IMG/VR virus record: IMGVR_UViG_3300008262_000059
Coordinates: 1 to 58,699 of that record
Length of the DNA: 58,699 nucleotides
Source: a virus
Lineage: Duplodnaviria > Caudoviricetes
Direction: 5' to 3' (one strand)
Shown here: positions 1-9,122 of the stretch, piece by piece
Layout: each line of letters starts with the position of its first letter
Position numbering within the stretch: the first letter of the stretch is position 1
Program-made: the position numbers and the translations under genes
The notes under the pieces: generated by a model
The model's input: the letters and a program-made list of their open reading frames with translations, nothing else
The model's database searches: none
What the model was told of the DNA's origin: nothing

Positions 1-114
1 TCCGCTGTTGTTAGTCCTGACCGGCTGCTCGAAAGTGATGGGCACCGCAGAGACTAATCTGTCAGCCTGCTCAGTCTGGCGGGATATCTCTTGGTCATCC
101 AAGGATACCCCCCA
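1..114. repeat. Terminal direct repeat, copy 1 (circular-assembly overlap)
   Basis: 1-114 is identical to 58586-58699, and a lipoprotein ORF reads in frame across the junction. Confidence 0.97.
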
Positions 115-202
115 GACGATCACGGAAGTGAAAGTCAATAATGCTCGCCGTGAGGGGTACTGCGAGTCTGGGAAGTAATCTGACAAAAGAGGGGGAACTG
201 CC

Positions 203-403
203 GTGTCAGATATTTACATTGTTGACAGATTGTTTAAGGTAATACGTGAGCGGCGTGAAACAGTCACTGAAGCGATCACAGAAGGCTCGGTTCAGGACTT
301 TGCCGCTTTTCGCCACCTCCGGGGAAAACTGGAGGTGTGGAATGAGATTGAAGAAGAACTCCGCCTTCTGCTGAAGAAACAGGATGCAATGGACGATGAG
401 TGA
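203..403 (+). CDS. Small hypothetical protein upstream of GroES
   Basis: 66-aa ORF with GTG start after GAGGGGG; its stop overlaps the next ATG. Confidence 0.75.
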   Translation: MSDIYIVDRLFKVIRERRETVTEAITEGSVQDFAAFRHLRGKLEVWNEIEEELRLLLKKQDAMDDE

Positions 404-881
404 TCTCATACTCCCTAACTATCTCGCCAAACAAAGCAGCCAGAATGTTCCGGTTCCGGAACAAACAGAAGAGCCGAAGGCTTTAGAAAAAGCCTTTGTC
501 CCGCCGGAAGAGCGGGTTTTCGATCCCACCCGTCTTCCTGAAAGCGCCATTGAACGTCTTCCTCAGCCTGCGGGCTGGCGGCTTTTGGTTCTCCCCTATC
601 AGGGCAGAGCCAAGACGAAGGGCGATGTCTACCTCCCCGACGAGTTCGTTCAAAGGCAGTCTCTTGCCAGCGTGGTCGCTTACGTCTTGGCCGTTGGCCC
701 GGACGCCTATGCTGACAAGAACAAGTTCCCAGCTGGCCCTTGGTGCAAAAAGGGTCAGTGGGTGATGATCGGACGTTATGCTGGCGCTCGGTTTAAGATC
801 GAGGGCGGCGAGGTTCGCATTATCAACGATGATGAAGTCATCGCAACAATCGCTGACCCAGACGACATCGTGAATGTCTGA
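396..881 (+). CDS. groES: Co-chaperonin GroES/Cpn10-like protein
   Basis: PAGWRLLV..KTKGDVYLP..VLAVGPDAY..GQWVMIGRYAG..RIINDDEVIA follows the Cpn10 pattern; start taken at ATG 396. Confidence 0.88.
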   Translation: MSDLILPNYLAKQSSQNVPVPEQTEEPKALEKAFVPPEERVFDPTRLPESAIERLPQPAGWRLLVLPYQGRAKTKGDVYLPDEFVQRQSLASVVAYVLAVGPDAYADKNKFPAGPWCKKGQWVMIGRYAGARFKIEGGEVRIINDDEVIATIADPDDIVNV

Positions 882-903
882 CAGCGCAGCAATGGAGATT
901 GCT

Positions 904-1812
904 ATGTCTGAGGAAGAGAAGGTAGAGGACGGCTCGGTCGAAGTGGTGATCGAGGAGGCCGCTGCTGCCGAAGCTTCTGCCCCCGAAAGGGAGCCGCAGA
1001 AGGAAGAACAGCCTGTTCAGGCAAAGACAGAACGGGATCTTGAAGAACATTCCGAGTCTGTCAGGAAACGAATTGATAAGCTGACATACAAGATCCGTGA
1101 GGCGGAACGCCGTGAACAGGCGGCTCTGGAGTATGCCCGCGGTCTGAAGGGTCAGCTTGAGACCTATCAGGAGCGGGCCAGCCGACTCGATAAATCTCTT
1201 GTGCAGGAGTTCGATAACCGACTCAAAACGCAGGAGAAAATGGTTCGAGAAGAGCTTCGTCGCGCGATTGACGAGGGCAATGTTGACGCTCAGATCGAGG
1301 CCCAAGGCGCACTGGCGTCGCTCGCTGTCGAGAACGACCGGCTTCGTCAGTCTCGACTGCGGCGGGAACAGGAAGAGGTTCAGCAGCGCGCTTTGGCATC
1401 CCGCCCTCAGCCGCAGGCGGCTCCCGCTCCGCAGGCTCCCCAGCCAGATCCGAAGGCTCGCTCTTGGGCCGAACGGAACGAATGGTTTGGCAACGACCGG
1501 GCCATGACGGCGACGGCCTACGCCATCCATGCGGATCTCGTTGAGGTGGAGGGCTTTGACCCGTCGTCCGACGACTACTACCGGGAACTGGATAGCCGTA
1601 TCCGTACGGAGTTCCCGCATAAGTTCAAATCCGCCCAGAACAACGGCTCTCAGGGGCAGCGCCCGCAGTCGATGGTCGCCTCCGCCAGAACAACCGTCAA
1701 ATCCAACTCTACAAAGGTCAAGCTGACGGAAAGTCAGATTAGAGTTGCTAAGGCTCTAGGTGTTAGTTTAGAAGAGTATGCTAGGCATACTCGTATGCAG
1801 CAACAAGGTTAA
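904..1812 (+). CDS. Putative capsid scaffolding protein
   Basis: Acidic N-terminus, long coiled coil, C-terminal LTESQIRVAKALGVSLEEYA helix; lies upstream of the MCP; GGAG precedes ATG 904. Confidence 0.7.
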   Translation: MSEEEKVEDGSVEVVIEEAAAAEASAPEREPQKEEQPVQAKTERDLEEHSESVRKRIDKLTYKIREAERREQAALEYARGLKGQLETYQERASRLDKSLVQEFDNRLKTQEKMVREELRRAIDEGNVDAQIEAQGALASLAVENDRLRQSRLRREQEEVQQRALASRPQPQAAPAPQAPQPDPKARSWAERNEWFGNDRAMTATAYAIHADLVEVEGFDPSSDDYYRELDSRIRTEFPHKFKSAQNNGSQGQRPQSMVASARTTVKSNSTKVKLTESQIRVAKALGVSLEEYARHTRMQQQG

Positions 1813-1817
1813 GTCAT

Positions 1818-2285
1818 ATGACGATAGACCGTAAGCCTCGCTCCGAGAATGTCCGCGACAGAAGTGCGCGCCCACTCACGTGGAAACCCCCGTCCTCCTT
1901 GGACGCACCGCCCGCTCCCGAGGGCTATCGGCACCGCTGGATCCGCATGGAAGCCAACGGCATTGATGATCGGAAGAATCTTTCCGCCCGTTTACGCGAA
2001 GGCTTCGAGCTGGTTCGCGCCGAGGAATACCCTGATTGGGATCTCCCCACGATTAGCGACGGCAAACACGCTGGCGTTATTGCTGTTGGGGGCTTGGTCC
2101 TAGCGCGTATTCCCACAGAGATTGTCGAGCAGAGAACCGGTTACTACCAGAATCAGACGCAAGAGCAGATGAAGGCGGTAGATAACGACCTCATGCGAGA
2201 CCAACACCCATCAATGCCCATGATGCGTCCTGAGCGACAGTCACGGGTTAGCTTCGGCGGTAATCGTTCCGCCGATAAACAGTAA
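1818..2285 (+). CDS. Head-module hypothetical protein
   Basis: 155-aa ORF (WKPPSSLDAPPAPEGYRHRWIR) between scaffold and capsid genes. Confidence 0.75.
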   Translation: MTIDRKPRSENVRDRSARPLTWKPPSSLDAPPAPEGYRHRWIRMEANGIDDRKNLSARLREGFELVRAEEYPDWDLPTISDGKHAGVIAVGGLVLARIPTEIVEQRTGYYQNQTQEQMKAVDNDLMRDQHPSMPMMRPERQSRVSFGGNRSADKQ

Positions 2286-2296
2286 GGATCTAGGCA

Positions 2297-2914
2297 ATGG
2301 CAAACATTGATGCCTCGTTCGGGCTTCGCCCGTATCGTATGCTTGGAAGCGCGCCGAACTCTAACGGCGACATGGTGTACGCCATTCAGACTGCCGCGAC
2401 TGCGGGCACGTCTAGCGTGATCTATCAGGGCTCCCCTGTGATCCCGCTGGCGAACGGTCTGATTGACATCGTTGGCAACGCCAACGGCGGCACTGTTCCG
2501 CTTCTGGGCGCTTTTCTGGGTTGCAACTACGTTGACCTCAACGGCACGCCGAAGTGGTCCCCGTTCTGGCCCGGAACCGCTGCGGTTTACGCCAACTCCG
2601 TTGCTTACGCCACGGTTTCGGCTGACCCCGACCAGATGTACCTCATCAACTGCAACGCGGCTGCGGCGAACGACATCGTTCATGCCAACGCCAACTTCGC
2701 TACGGCCACCAGCGGCAATGCCACCTCCGGCATCTCCACCGCTGAACTCGCCGTATCGACGGCTAACACGACCAACACGCTTAACCTCCGCATCATTGGC
2801 TTTGAGGACACCCCCTCGAACAGCGATGCGTCGGTGGCCGGTCGTCTGGCTATCGTCCTCCTCAACAACCACTTCTATCGTTACTCGGCTAACGGTACGG
2901 GTGCGGGCGTCTAA
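2297..2914 (+). CDS. Putative capsid decoration/auxiliary protein
   Basis: 205-aa Ala/Asn/Thr-rich ORF directly upstream of the MCP with strong codon bias. Confidence 0.65.
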   Translation: MANIDASFGLRPYRMLGSAPNSNGDMVYAIQTAATAGTSSVIYQGSPVIPLANGLIDIVGNANGGTVPLLGAFLGCNYVDLNGTPKWSPFWPGTAAVYANSVAYATVSADPDQMYLINCNAAAANDIVHANANFATATSGNATSGISTAELAVSTANTTNTLNLRIIGFEDTPSNSDASVAGRLAIVLLNNHFYRYSANGTGAGV

Positions 2915-2928
2915 TAGGAGTCTGAACA

Positions 2929-3837
2929 ATGGCTATTACTCGTTCGCAACTGCTCAAGGAACTTGAGCCCGGACTGAACGCCCTGTTTGGGATGGAGTAT
3001 GATCGTTACGACAACGAGCATGCCGAAATCTTCGACACCGAGACCTCGGATCGTGCGTTCGAAGAAGAAGTGATGCTGTCTGGCTTCGGTCAGGCTCCGG
3101 TGAAGGGCGAAGGCTCGGCTATCAGCTATGATACCGCTGGCGAAGCCTTCACGGCTCGCTACACCCACAACACCGTCGCGCTGGCGTTTGCGATCACTGA
3201 GGAAGCCGTCGAGGACAACCTCTACGACAAGCTCAGTGCTCGTTACACCCGCGCGTTGGCGCGCAGCATGTCGAACACCAAGCAGGTGACGGCGGCGTCT
3301 GTCCTGAACAATGCCTTCTCCTCCAGCTACACTGGCGGCGACGGCGTGTCTCTGGTCAACTCTGCCCATCCGACGACGGGTGGCGGCAACTGGTCGAACA
3401 CGCTTGCGACTCAGGCGGACCTGAACGAGACCTCTCTCGAACAGGCTCTGATCGACATCGCGGCGTTCATCGACGAACGCGGCCTGAAGGTCGCTCTTCG
3501 CGGCATGAAACTGATTATCCCCCCGGCTCTTCAGTTCACCGCCGAGCGTATCCTCAAGTCCGAGCAGCGCACCTCGACCGCTGACAACGATATCAACGCA
3601 ATCAAGACGGGCGGCTACATGCCGAGCGGCTTTGCGGTCAACCACTTCCTCACCGATCCGGACGCTTGGTTCGTTAAGACCGACGCCCCGAATGGGATGA
3701 AGCACTTCGTGCGTTCGCCCATCAAGACGGCGATGGAAGGCGACTTTGACACCGGCAACGTCCGGTACAAGGCTCGCGAGCGTTACAGCTTCGGTTGGTC
3801 TGACCCGCGCGCGATGTACGGCTCGCAGGGCGCTTGA
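2929..3837 (+). CDS. Major capsid protein, Mu gpT-like (HK97 fold)
   Basis: MAITRSQLLKELEPGLNALFG..EGDFDTGNVRYKARERYSFGWSDPR; AGGAG RBS; followed by a terminator. Confidence 0.9.
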   Translation: MAITRSQLLKELEPGLNALFGMEYDRYDNEHAEIFDTETSDRAFEEEVMLSGFGQAPVKGEGSAISYDTAGEAFTARYTHNTVALAFAITEEAVEDNLYDKLSARYTRALARSMSNTKQVTAASVLNNAFSSSYTGGDGVSLVNSAHPTTGGGNWSNTLATQADLNETSLEQALIDIAAFIDERGLKVALRGMKLIIPPALQFTAERILKSEQRTSTADNDINAIKTGGYMPSGFAVNHFLTDPDAWFVKTDAPNGMKHFVRSPIKTAMEGDFDTGNVRYKARERYSFGWSDPRAMYGSQGA

Positions 3838-3862
3838 TCTCTTGATCTAGCCTCCGAAATAG

Positions 3863-3892
3863 AAAGGGCTGGTATTGTACCAGCCCTTTTTT
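3863..3892 (+). terminator. Rho-independent terminator after the MCP
   Basis: AAAGGGCTGGTA-TTG-TACCAGCCCTTT perfect 12-bp stem running into a T tract. Confidence 0.9.
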
Positions 3893-3902
3893 CATGTATA
3901 GT
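3875..3902 (+). promoter_or_regulatory. Candidate sigma70 promoter overlapping the terminator
   Basis: TTGTAC (3875) N16 TATAGT (3897). Confidence 0.45.
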
Positions 3903-3905
3903 TAA

Positions 3906-3952
3906 AGTGTCCCTGACTGCCCAAGGTGGCAGACTCGCTCAAGACAGGAGAT
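3906..3952 (+). ncRNA. Candidate Mu-gpT-DE structured RNA element
   Basis: Sits just downstream of a gpT-like MCP; CCTG/CAGG outer and CTGCC/GGCAG inner stems with three GAC linkers; ends at the next RBS. Confidence 0.55.
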
Positions 3953-3956
3953 ACAC

Positions 3957-4433
3957 ATGGGCGTTTCAACATTCTCCGGCCCGATCAAGGCTGGCCCGAT
4001 TAAGTTCACGACAGGCACGACCCTCGGCACCGATGTCGCCAACCTCGGCTTCGCGTCCCTGACGCAGTATGAGGCGATCACGCAGGCCACCAACGGCAGC
4101 GTGGCTGGCGTCTATACGACCAGCATCGTGATCCCGGCGGGGAGCATCATCACCGACATTCAGCTCTACGTCACGGCGGTCTGGAGCGGCGCGGCTTCGA
4201 CCCTCGGCATCGGGACGACGGCCTCGGCTACGGACCTGACGGCGGCGGCTGCGGTTGCTGGCGGCACGCTCGGCATCATCACAGCTACGGCGGGCGCTGA
4301 CGCTACCCGCGTTGGCAAGTGGGCCAACACTGGCACCACCGACATCAAGATCGTTGTCACGTCCACCAACACGGGCACGGGCACGGGCTATCTTGCGGTG
4401 ACTTACGCTCAGACAGGCGTGCTGGTTCCCTAA
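3957..4433 (+). CDS. Virion structural protein (putative head decoration)
   Basis: 158-aa Thr/Ala/Gly-rich ORF (MGVSTFSGPIKAG) with AGGAG RBS. Confidence 0.65.
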   Translation: MGVSTFSGPIKAGPIKFTTGTTLGTDVANLGFASLTQYEAITQATNGSVAGVYTTSIVIPAGSIITDIQLYVTAVWSGAASTLGIGTTASATDLTAAAAVAGGTLGIITATAGADATRVGKWANTGTTDIKIVVTSTNTGTGTGYLAVTYAQTGVLVP

Positions 4434-4445
4434 TAGGAGAGCCTC

Positions 4446-4847
4446 ATGGCTGACGCTGTAACAAGCCAGACGATCTTCGATGGCTCTAAACGAGCCATCA
4501 TGAAGTTCACGAACATCTCTGACGGCACCGGGGAAACTGGTGTCGTCAAGGTGGATGTGTCCGCGCTCAACCCCTACAACGGGGCGGTTTGCTCAAGCGT
4601 CAACATTGAACGCATTGAGGCTGTCACGATTGGCATGGGCGTTGACATCCTATGGGACGCCACGACAGACGCACTGTGTATGACCCTTGGGTCTGACCAG
4701 TTCTTTGCGTTCGACTTTTCCCGCTTCAGCGGGATTGTGAACAACGCAGGCACTGGAAAGAACGGGGACATCCTCTTTACGACTATCGGGGCTACCGCGG
4801 GTGATCGGTACACCATTGTCCTAGAGCTTATTAAAAACTATGGATGA
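4446..4847 (+). CDS. Virion structural protein
   Basis: 133-aa ORF (MADAVTSQTIFDG..KFTNISDGTGE) with AGGAG RBS. Confidence 0.65.
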   Translation: MADAVTSQTIFDGSKRAIMKFTNISDGTGETGVVKVDVSALNPYNGAVCSSVNIERIEAVTIGMGVDILWDATTDALCMTLGSDQFFAFDFSRFSGIVNNAGTGKNGDILFTTIGATAGDRYTIVLELIKNYG

Positions 4848-5647
4848 GAGGTGTTACCGTGACTCGTCCCCCGTCTTCCGTAACGCGAACAGGCCGCACT
4901 GAGCCGTGGGAGCTCCAAGTCTCCCGCGGCCAGATACCGTGGCATGAGGCCATCGTCATCTTCGGGTACAATGGCGATGTTGATACGTCGATGGAGACGG
5001 TCTGGCCATACGGCGGGCTGCTTGCGTTTCCGACGACTGCTTTGCAGATGTCTGTCAGCTCAGAGAACGCGAACGACACGTCTGCCGGAACCGGCGCACG
5101 GACGATTTACATCTCCGGCCTTGACGCAAACAGCAACACTGTTTCCGAGACAGTCTCAATGAACGGCCAGACGGCTGTTACGACTGCAAACTCTTACCTC
5201 CACATCAACCAGTGCTATGTGGCGACGGCGGGATCTTTGGACTCCGCCGCAGGCTCAATCTACATCGGTACTGGGACAGTGACGCTGGGCGTACCTGCGA
5301 CCGTATATGACGTAATTCAGTACGACTACAACACGCGGATCACTGGCAGCTATACGGTCCCCGCGGGCTACACTGGATACGTATCGCAAGGTCTCTTCTC
5401 GTCCGGTCAGTCCTCTGGGTCCGGCCCTGTGACGGGTCGTCTAGTGACCCGTGGGCTGGATGAAATCAGACGTACAGCTGCAATCGTCACGATCAACAAC
5501 GGCGCGGCTGACTACACGTTTGAATATCCTCTGGCTATTCCAGAGAAGACAACTGTTGAGGCGCAGGCTATTGGCACTGGCAATAACAACGCCTGCTCCT
5601 CTATGTTCATTCTTGTTCTCATAAAGAATGACGCGGGGACCCCCTGA
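4844..5647 (+). CDS. Putative beta-rich structural protein
   Basis: 267-aa ORF (DTSAGTGARTIYISGLD), translationally coupled on both sides. Confidence 0.6.
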   Translation: MRGVTVTRPPSSVTRTGRTEPWELQVSRGQIPWHEAIVIFGYNGDVDTSMETVWPYGGLLAFPTTALQMSVSSENANDTSAGTGARTIYISGLDANSNTVSETVSMNGQTAVTTANSYLHINQCYVATAGSLDSAAGSIYIGTGTVTLGVPATVYDVIQYDYNTRITGSYTVPAGYTGYVSQGLFSSGQSSGSGPVTGRLVTRGLDEIRRTAAIVTINNGAADYTFEYPLAIPEKTTVEAQAIGTGNNNACSSMFILVLIKNDAGTP

Positions 5648-5931
5648 TGGCTAAGGGCATGGGCATCAAGACTTCTGTCAAATCCGGCAACTTTCGTCCG
5701 ACGAAGGCTGGGGCTGGTATGACAGAAAAGGGTGTCAAGGCTTATCGTAAGGCCAATCCGGGCTCGAAGCTTTCCACGGCTGTCACGGAAGACAGTCCAA
5801 AAGGCAAGCGTGCCGCTCGCAGAAAGTCCTTCTGCGCGAGATCCGCTGGTCAGGCAAAGATGTTTCCTGAAGCAGCAAAGAACCCCAACAGCCGTTTGAA
5901 CCAAGCTCGCAAACGGTGGAAGTGCAAGTAA
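5647..5931 (+). CDS. Small basic protein (RRKSFCAR motif)
   Basis: 94 aa, Lys/Arg-rich, start overlaps the previous stop. Confidence 0.75.
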   Translation: MAKGMGIKTSVKSGNFRPTKAGAGMTEKGVKAYRKANPGSKLSTAVTEDSPKGKRAARRKSFCARSAGQAKMFPEAAKNPNSRLNQARKRWKCK

Positions 5932-5943
5932 GGGAGAATCCAG

Positions 5944-6246
5944 ATGGCTATGACTCGTGGTGGAATGGGCAAGGAAATGGCTGGCGCTCGCATGAAGAAG
6001 CGCGCTATGGGCGCGTCTCGTCAGGGCAAGAAGACGCCTCCGGCGATGATGCCCCCTGAGATGGCGATGGCTGCGCCCTCGATGGCTATGAAGAAGGGCG
6101 GCATGGCTGAAAAGAAGATGATGGGCGGCGGCATGGCCTCCAAGAAAATGATGGGCATGAAGAAGGGCGGCATGGCTAAGAAGGGCATGAAGAAGGGCGG
6201 CATGGCCCTGATGATTGTCCTCGGCGGGAAGAAGGGCAAGAAGTGA
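5944..6246 (+). CDS. Small Met/Lys/Gly-rich protein with MKKGGM repeats
   Basis: 100 aa; GGGAG RBS; MKKGGMA occurs three times. Confidence 0.7.
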   Translation: MAMTRGGMGKEMAGARMKKRAMGASRQGKKTPPAMMPPEMAMAAPSMAMKKGGMAEKKMMGGGMASKKMMGMKKGGMAKKGMKKGGMALMIVLGGKKGKK

Positions 6247-6437
6247 AGACACCTGTCAAAAAGAGCAAGGTTAACGCTGCCGGGAACTACACTAAACCCG
6301 ACATGCGGAAATCTCTTTTTGAAAAGATCAAAGCTTCAAGCGTGCAGGGCACCGCCGCAGGGCAGTGGTCTGCACGCAAGGCCCAGCTCCTAGCGAAGCA
6401 GTACAAGGCTAAGGGCGGGGGCTATAAAGGCAAATGA
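6243..6437 (+). CDS. Small basic protein
   Basis: 64 aa, GQWSARKAQLLAKQYKAKGGGY; coupled GTGA start. Confidence 0.7.
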   Translation: MKTPVKKSKVNAAGNYTKPDMRKSLFEKIKASSVQGTAAGQWSARKAQLLAKQYKAKGGGYKGK

Positions 6438-6679
6438 AGAAGACGCAGCAATCCCTGAAGGCGTGGACGGCGCAGAAGTGGCGCACGAAATCCGGGAAAC
6501 CCTCCAGCCAGACTGGCGAGAGGTATCTCCCGGAGGCTGCCATCAAGTCCCTGTCCCCACAGGAGTATGCTGCGACTACCCGATCCAAGCGGGCGGGCAA
6601 GGCCGCTGGCAAGCAGTTTGTGAAGCAGCCCAAGGGCGTGGCTAGTAAGGTCAAGCCCTTCCGGAAGAAGGGTTTCTGA
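6434..6679 (+). CDS. Small basic protein
   Basis: 81 aa, KWRTKSGKPSSQTGERYLP; ATGA coupling. Confidence 0.7.
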   Translation: MKKTQQSLKAWTAQKWRTKSGKPSSQTGERYLPEAAIKSLSPQEYAATTRSKRAGKAAGKQFVKQPKGVASKVKPFRKKGF

Positions 6680-6680
6680 T

Positions 6681-6851
6681 ATGGCGAAGGCCCCGACCAA
6701 GGGACAGAAGAAGGTCCGCAAGGTCCTAAAGGAGTTCAAGGAGGGCACCCTCCACTCCGGCAAGAAGGGCCCTGTCGTCAAATCTCGCAAACAGGCTATC
6801 GCCATCGCTCTGTCTGAGGCTGGCATGTCTAAGTCAAGGAAGGGAAAGTAA
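6681..6851 (+). CDS. Small basic protein (DUF6496-like), below the ORF-track cutoff
   Basis: Hand translation MAKAPTKGQKKVRKVLKEFKEGTLHSGKKGPVVKSRKQAIAIALSEAGMSKSRKGK (56 aa) fills the gap exactly. Confidence 0.75.
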   Translation: MAKAPTKGQKKVRKVLKEFKEGTLHSGKKGPVVKSRKQAIAIALSEAGMSKSRKGK

Positions 6852-6852
6852 G

Positions 6853-7197
6853 ATGCCTCGCAACAAGAACTACAACCGTCCTGCCCAGATCACCGACGCG
6901 GTTCGCCGCGAGGAGTTGATGAAGAGGGAGCGGGATATCCGCGAGCGCCCGACCGACGACAACATCTCCCCTTCTGAGAGGGAGAAGATGAGGCGTATGA
7001 TTGAGGAGGACTCTTTTGCGGAAGATATGTCTTCGTCAAGCAGCGATGATATGAGGCGCATGGCGGACGTTGAGTCCTATCGCGACGAGGCGTATGCCAA
7101 AGGCGGCATGGTCAAGAAGAAAAAGTACGCCATGGGCGGCTCCGTCCGTGGCGGCGGCATCGCCATCAAGGGCATCGGTAAAGGCAAGGTTTGCTGA
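6853..7197 (+). CDS. Hypothetical protein with YAKGG/YAMGG motifs
   Basis: 114 aa, tightly packed in the operon. Confidence 0.65.
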   Translation: MPRNKNYNRPAQITDAVRREELMKRERDIRERPTDDNISPSEREKMRRMIEEDSFAEDMSSSSSDDMRRMADVESYRDEAYAKGGMVKKKKYAMGGSVRGGGIAIKGIGKGKVC

Positions 7198-7199
7198 CA

Positions 7200-7886
7200 A
7201 TGGCTGTCTCTGGGACCAAGACATTCGAGCTTGATGTAGGCGACTACATCGAAGAAGCGTTCGAGCGGTGCGGACTTGAGATCCGCACTGGGTACGATCA
7301 GCGTACCGCTCGTCGCAGCTTGAACCTCTTGCTCGCAGAGTGGGCTAACCGGGGTCTCAACCAGTGGACCATTGAGCGGGTTACGATCCCGGTTAACTCG
7401 ACGACCGCCAGCTATACGCTCCCCCAGACTGTCATCGACTTTCTGTCAGTCGTCTGCCGTATGCCTACGGGCGTCGGCACGACTTCTCAGGTCGATCTGA
7501 CAGTTGACCGTATTAGCCGGGATTACTACCTCAACATCCCGAATAAGCTGTCTCAAGGTCGCCCCGTTCAGTACGTGGTTGATCGTCAGATCACCCCTGT
7601 TCTGTATGTCTGGCCCACGCCAGACCAGAACTATGATCTGATCGTGGACCGTCTTGTTCGTATGGATGATGCGGCTGCGGGTGCAAATACCCTTCAAGTC
7701 CCCTTTCGTTTCTACCCCTGCCTTGCGGCAGGGCTCGCTTATTACATCGCCATGAAGAAGGCTCCGGAGCGTGTGCAGCTGTTGAAGGCTGTGTACGAAG
7801 AGGAGTTTGATCGTGCGATGAGCGAGGACCGTGATCGCGCGTCTCTGTCTCTTACTCCGGTGAGAGACTGGTATCGGGTGGTGTGA
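7200..7886 (+). CDS. Putative head-tail adaptor
   Basis: IEEAFERCG..ARRSLNLLLAEWANRG..LKAVYEEEF; position in the tail module. Confidence 0.6.
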   Translation: MAVSGTKTFELDVGDYIEEAFERCGLEIRTGYDQRTARRSLNLLLAEWANRGLNQWTIERVTIPVNSTTASYTLPQTVIDFLSVVCRMPTGVGTTSQVDLTVDRISRDYYLNIPNKLSQGRPVQYVVDRQITPVLYVWPTPDQNYDLIVDRLVRMDDAAAGANTLQVPFRFYPCLAAGLAYYIAMKKAPERVQLLKAVYEEEFDRAMSEDRDRASLSLTPVRDWYRVV

Positions 7887-7887
7887 G

Positions 7888-8193
7888 ATGGCTAGGTTTG
7901 CACAAGGCTTCGCCTCATACGCCATCTGTGACAGATGCGGCCTTCAGTATCCGTACACGACGCTAAAGAAGCAGTGGAACGGCTTCAAGAACTGCATCGA
8001 GTGCTGGGACGCTAAGCATCCCCAGCTTGAACCCATTTATCCCCCGACCGAGCCGCAGGCTCTCTTTGAGCCGCGTCCTGATCGCACTGAGCCGATGGAT
8101 GTGCCTGTTGGACAGGAGATCTTCCCGTTCATCCAGCACACCAGCCTTCAGGGCATCACCTCTGTCGGGACTGTAACGGTGGAGATCACCTGA
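7888..8193 (+). CDS. Small protein with two CxxC motifs (putative Zn ribbon)
   Basis: CDRC..CIEC, KHPQL. Confidence 0.65.
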   Translation: MARFAQGFASYAICDRCGLQYPYTTLKKQWNGFKNCIECWDAKHPQLEPIYPPTEPQALFEPRPDRTEPMDVPVGQEIFPFIQHTSLQGITSVGTVTVEIT

Positions 8194-8194
8194 C

Positions 8195-8830
8195 ATGGGA
8201 TGGACCTACAGCACTCTGGTGCAGGCGATTGAGGACTTCACTGAATACAGTGAGGCGAGCTTCGTCAGCAACATCAACACGTTCATCCAGAACTGCGAAG
8301 AGCGGATACTCTACTCCGTCGATCTGGATGTGTTCCGCAAGAACGTGTCTGGCACCACCACGTCTGGGAATCAGTATCTTGCTGCCCCAACGGATTTCCG
8401 TGCGCCGTTCTCTCTGAGCGTTACGTCAAATGGGTCGAAGATATTCCTCCTGAACAAGGACGTGGAATATCTCCAAGAGTACAACCCAACTGGGGCTACC
8501 GGAGTTCCAAAGTATTATTCGCTCTTTGACGTGAATAACTTCATCCTTGCCCCAGTACCGAACGCGAACCTGCCTGTGGAGTTGCATTACTGGTACGAGC
8601 CGGAGTCGATTGTCACGGCGGGAACGACTTGGATCGGAGACAACGCCGAGCAGGCCCTTCTCTATGGCAGCTTGTTCGAGGCTTATACCTACATGAAGGG
8701 CGAGCCTGAGATACTCAACCTATACAATCAGCGTTTCGCGGAAGCCTTGACCCGTCTGAAGAACTACGGCGAAGGACGCGAGAACGTCGATGCCTATCGC
8801 GACGGCCTCATCAGAATAAAGGCTACCTGA
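8195..8830 (+). CDS. Putative tail adaptor/tubular protein
   Basis: 211 aa, FIQNCEERI..GVPKYY..ALLYGSLFEAYTYMKG. Confidence 0.6.
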   Translation: MGWTYSTLVQAIEDFTEYSEASFVSNINTFIQNCEERILYSVDLDVFRKNVSGTTTSGNQYLAAPTDFRAPFSLSVTSNGSKIFLLNKDVEYLQEYNPTGATGVPKYYSLFDVNNFILAPVPNANLPVELHYWYEPESIVTAGTTWIGDNAEQALLYGSLFEAYTYMKGEPEILNLYNQRFAEALTRLKNYGEGRENVDAYRDGLIRIKAT

Positions 8831-8831
8831 G

Positions 8832-9122
8832 ATGTTCGTTAATGCAGCCGAAACTGGCGTGTTCAAGGTTGACGTATCGACGACGACTAATGGGGGTCAT
8901 CCCCCGGAGTTCTGGGCGAAGAGGTGTGCTGAGCGGCTTATTTCGGTGGCCGACTCTGCCCCTCCTGCCCTGCGTGAGCAGGCACAAGCCTTCAAGGATC
9001 AAATGGAGCAGGTTGTGCTGTTTCACATGAAACGTGCTATACAGAGCGATAGATCAACGGTCGGTCATATGTTGGCCGAGGCGGGGCAGCCCAATCTTGC
9101 CGAACTCGTGAGGAGAGTCTGA
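8832..9122 (+). CDS. Hypothetical tail-module protein
   Basis: 96-aa coupled ORF. Confidence 0.65.
   Translation: MFVNAAETGVFKVDVSTTTNGGHPPEFWAKRCAERLISVADSAPPALREQAQAFKDQMEQVVLFHMKRAIQSDRSTVGHMLAEAGQPNLAELVRRV

Noticed and set aside
1-114. 114-bp terminal repeat as a biological DTR
   Set aside because: It falls inside the overlapping spanin genes, which read through the junction; this fits an assembler circular overlap better
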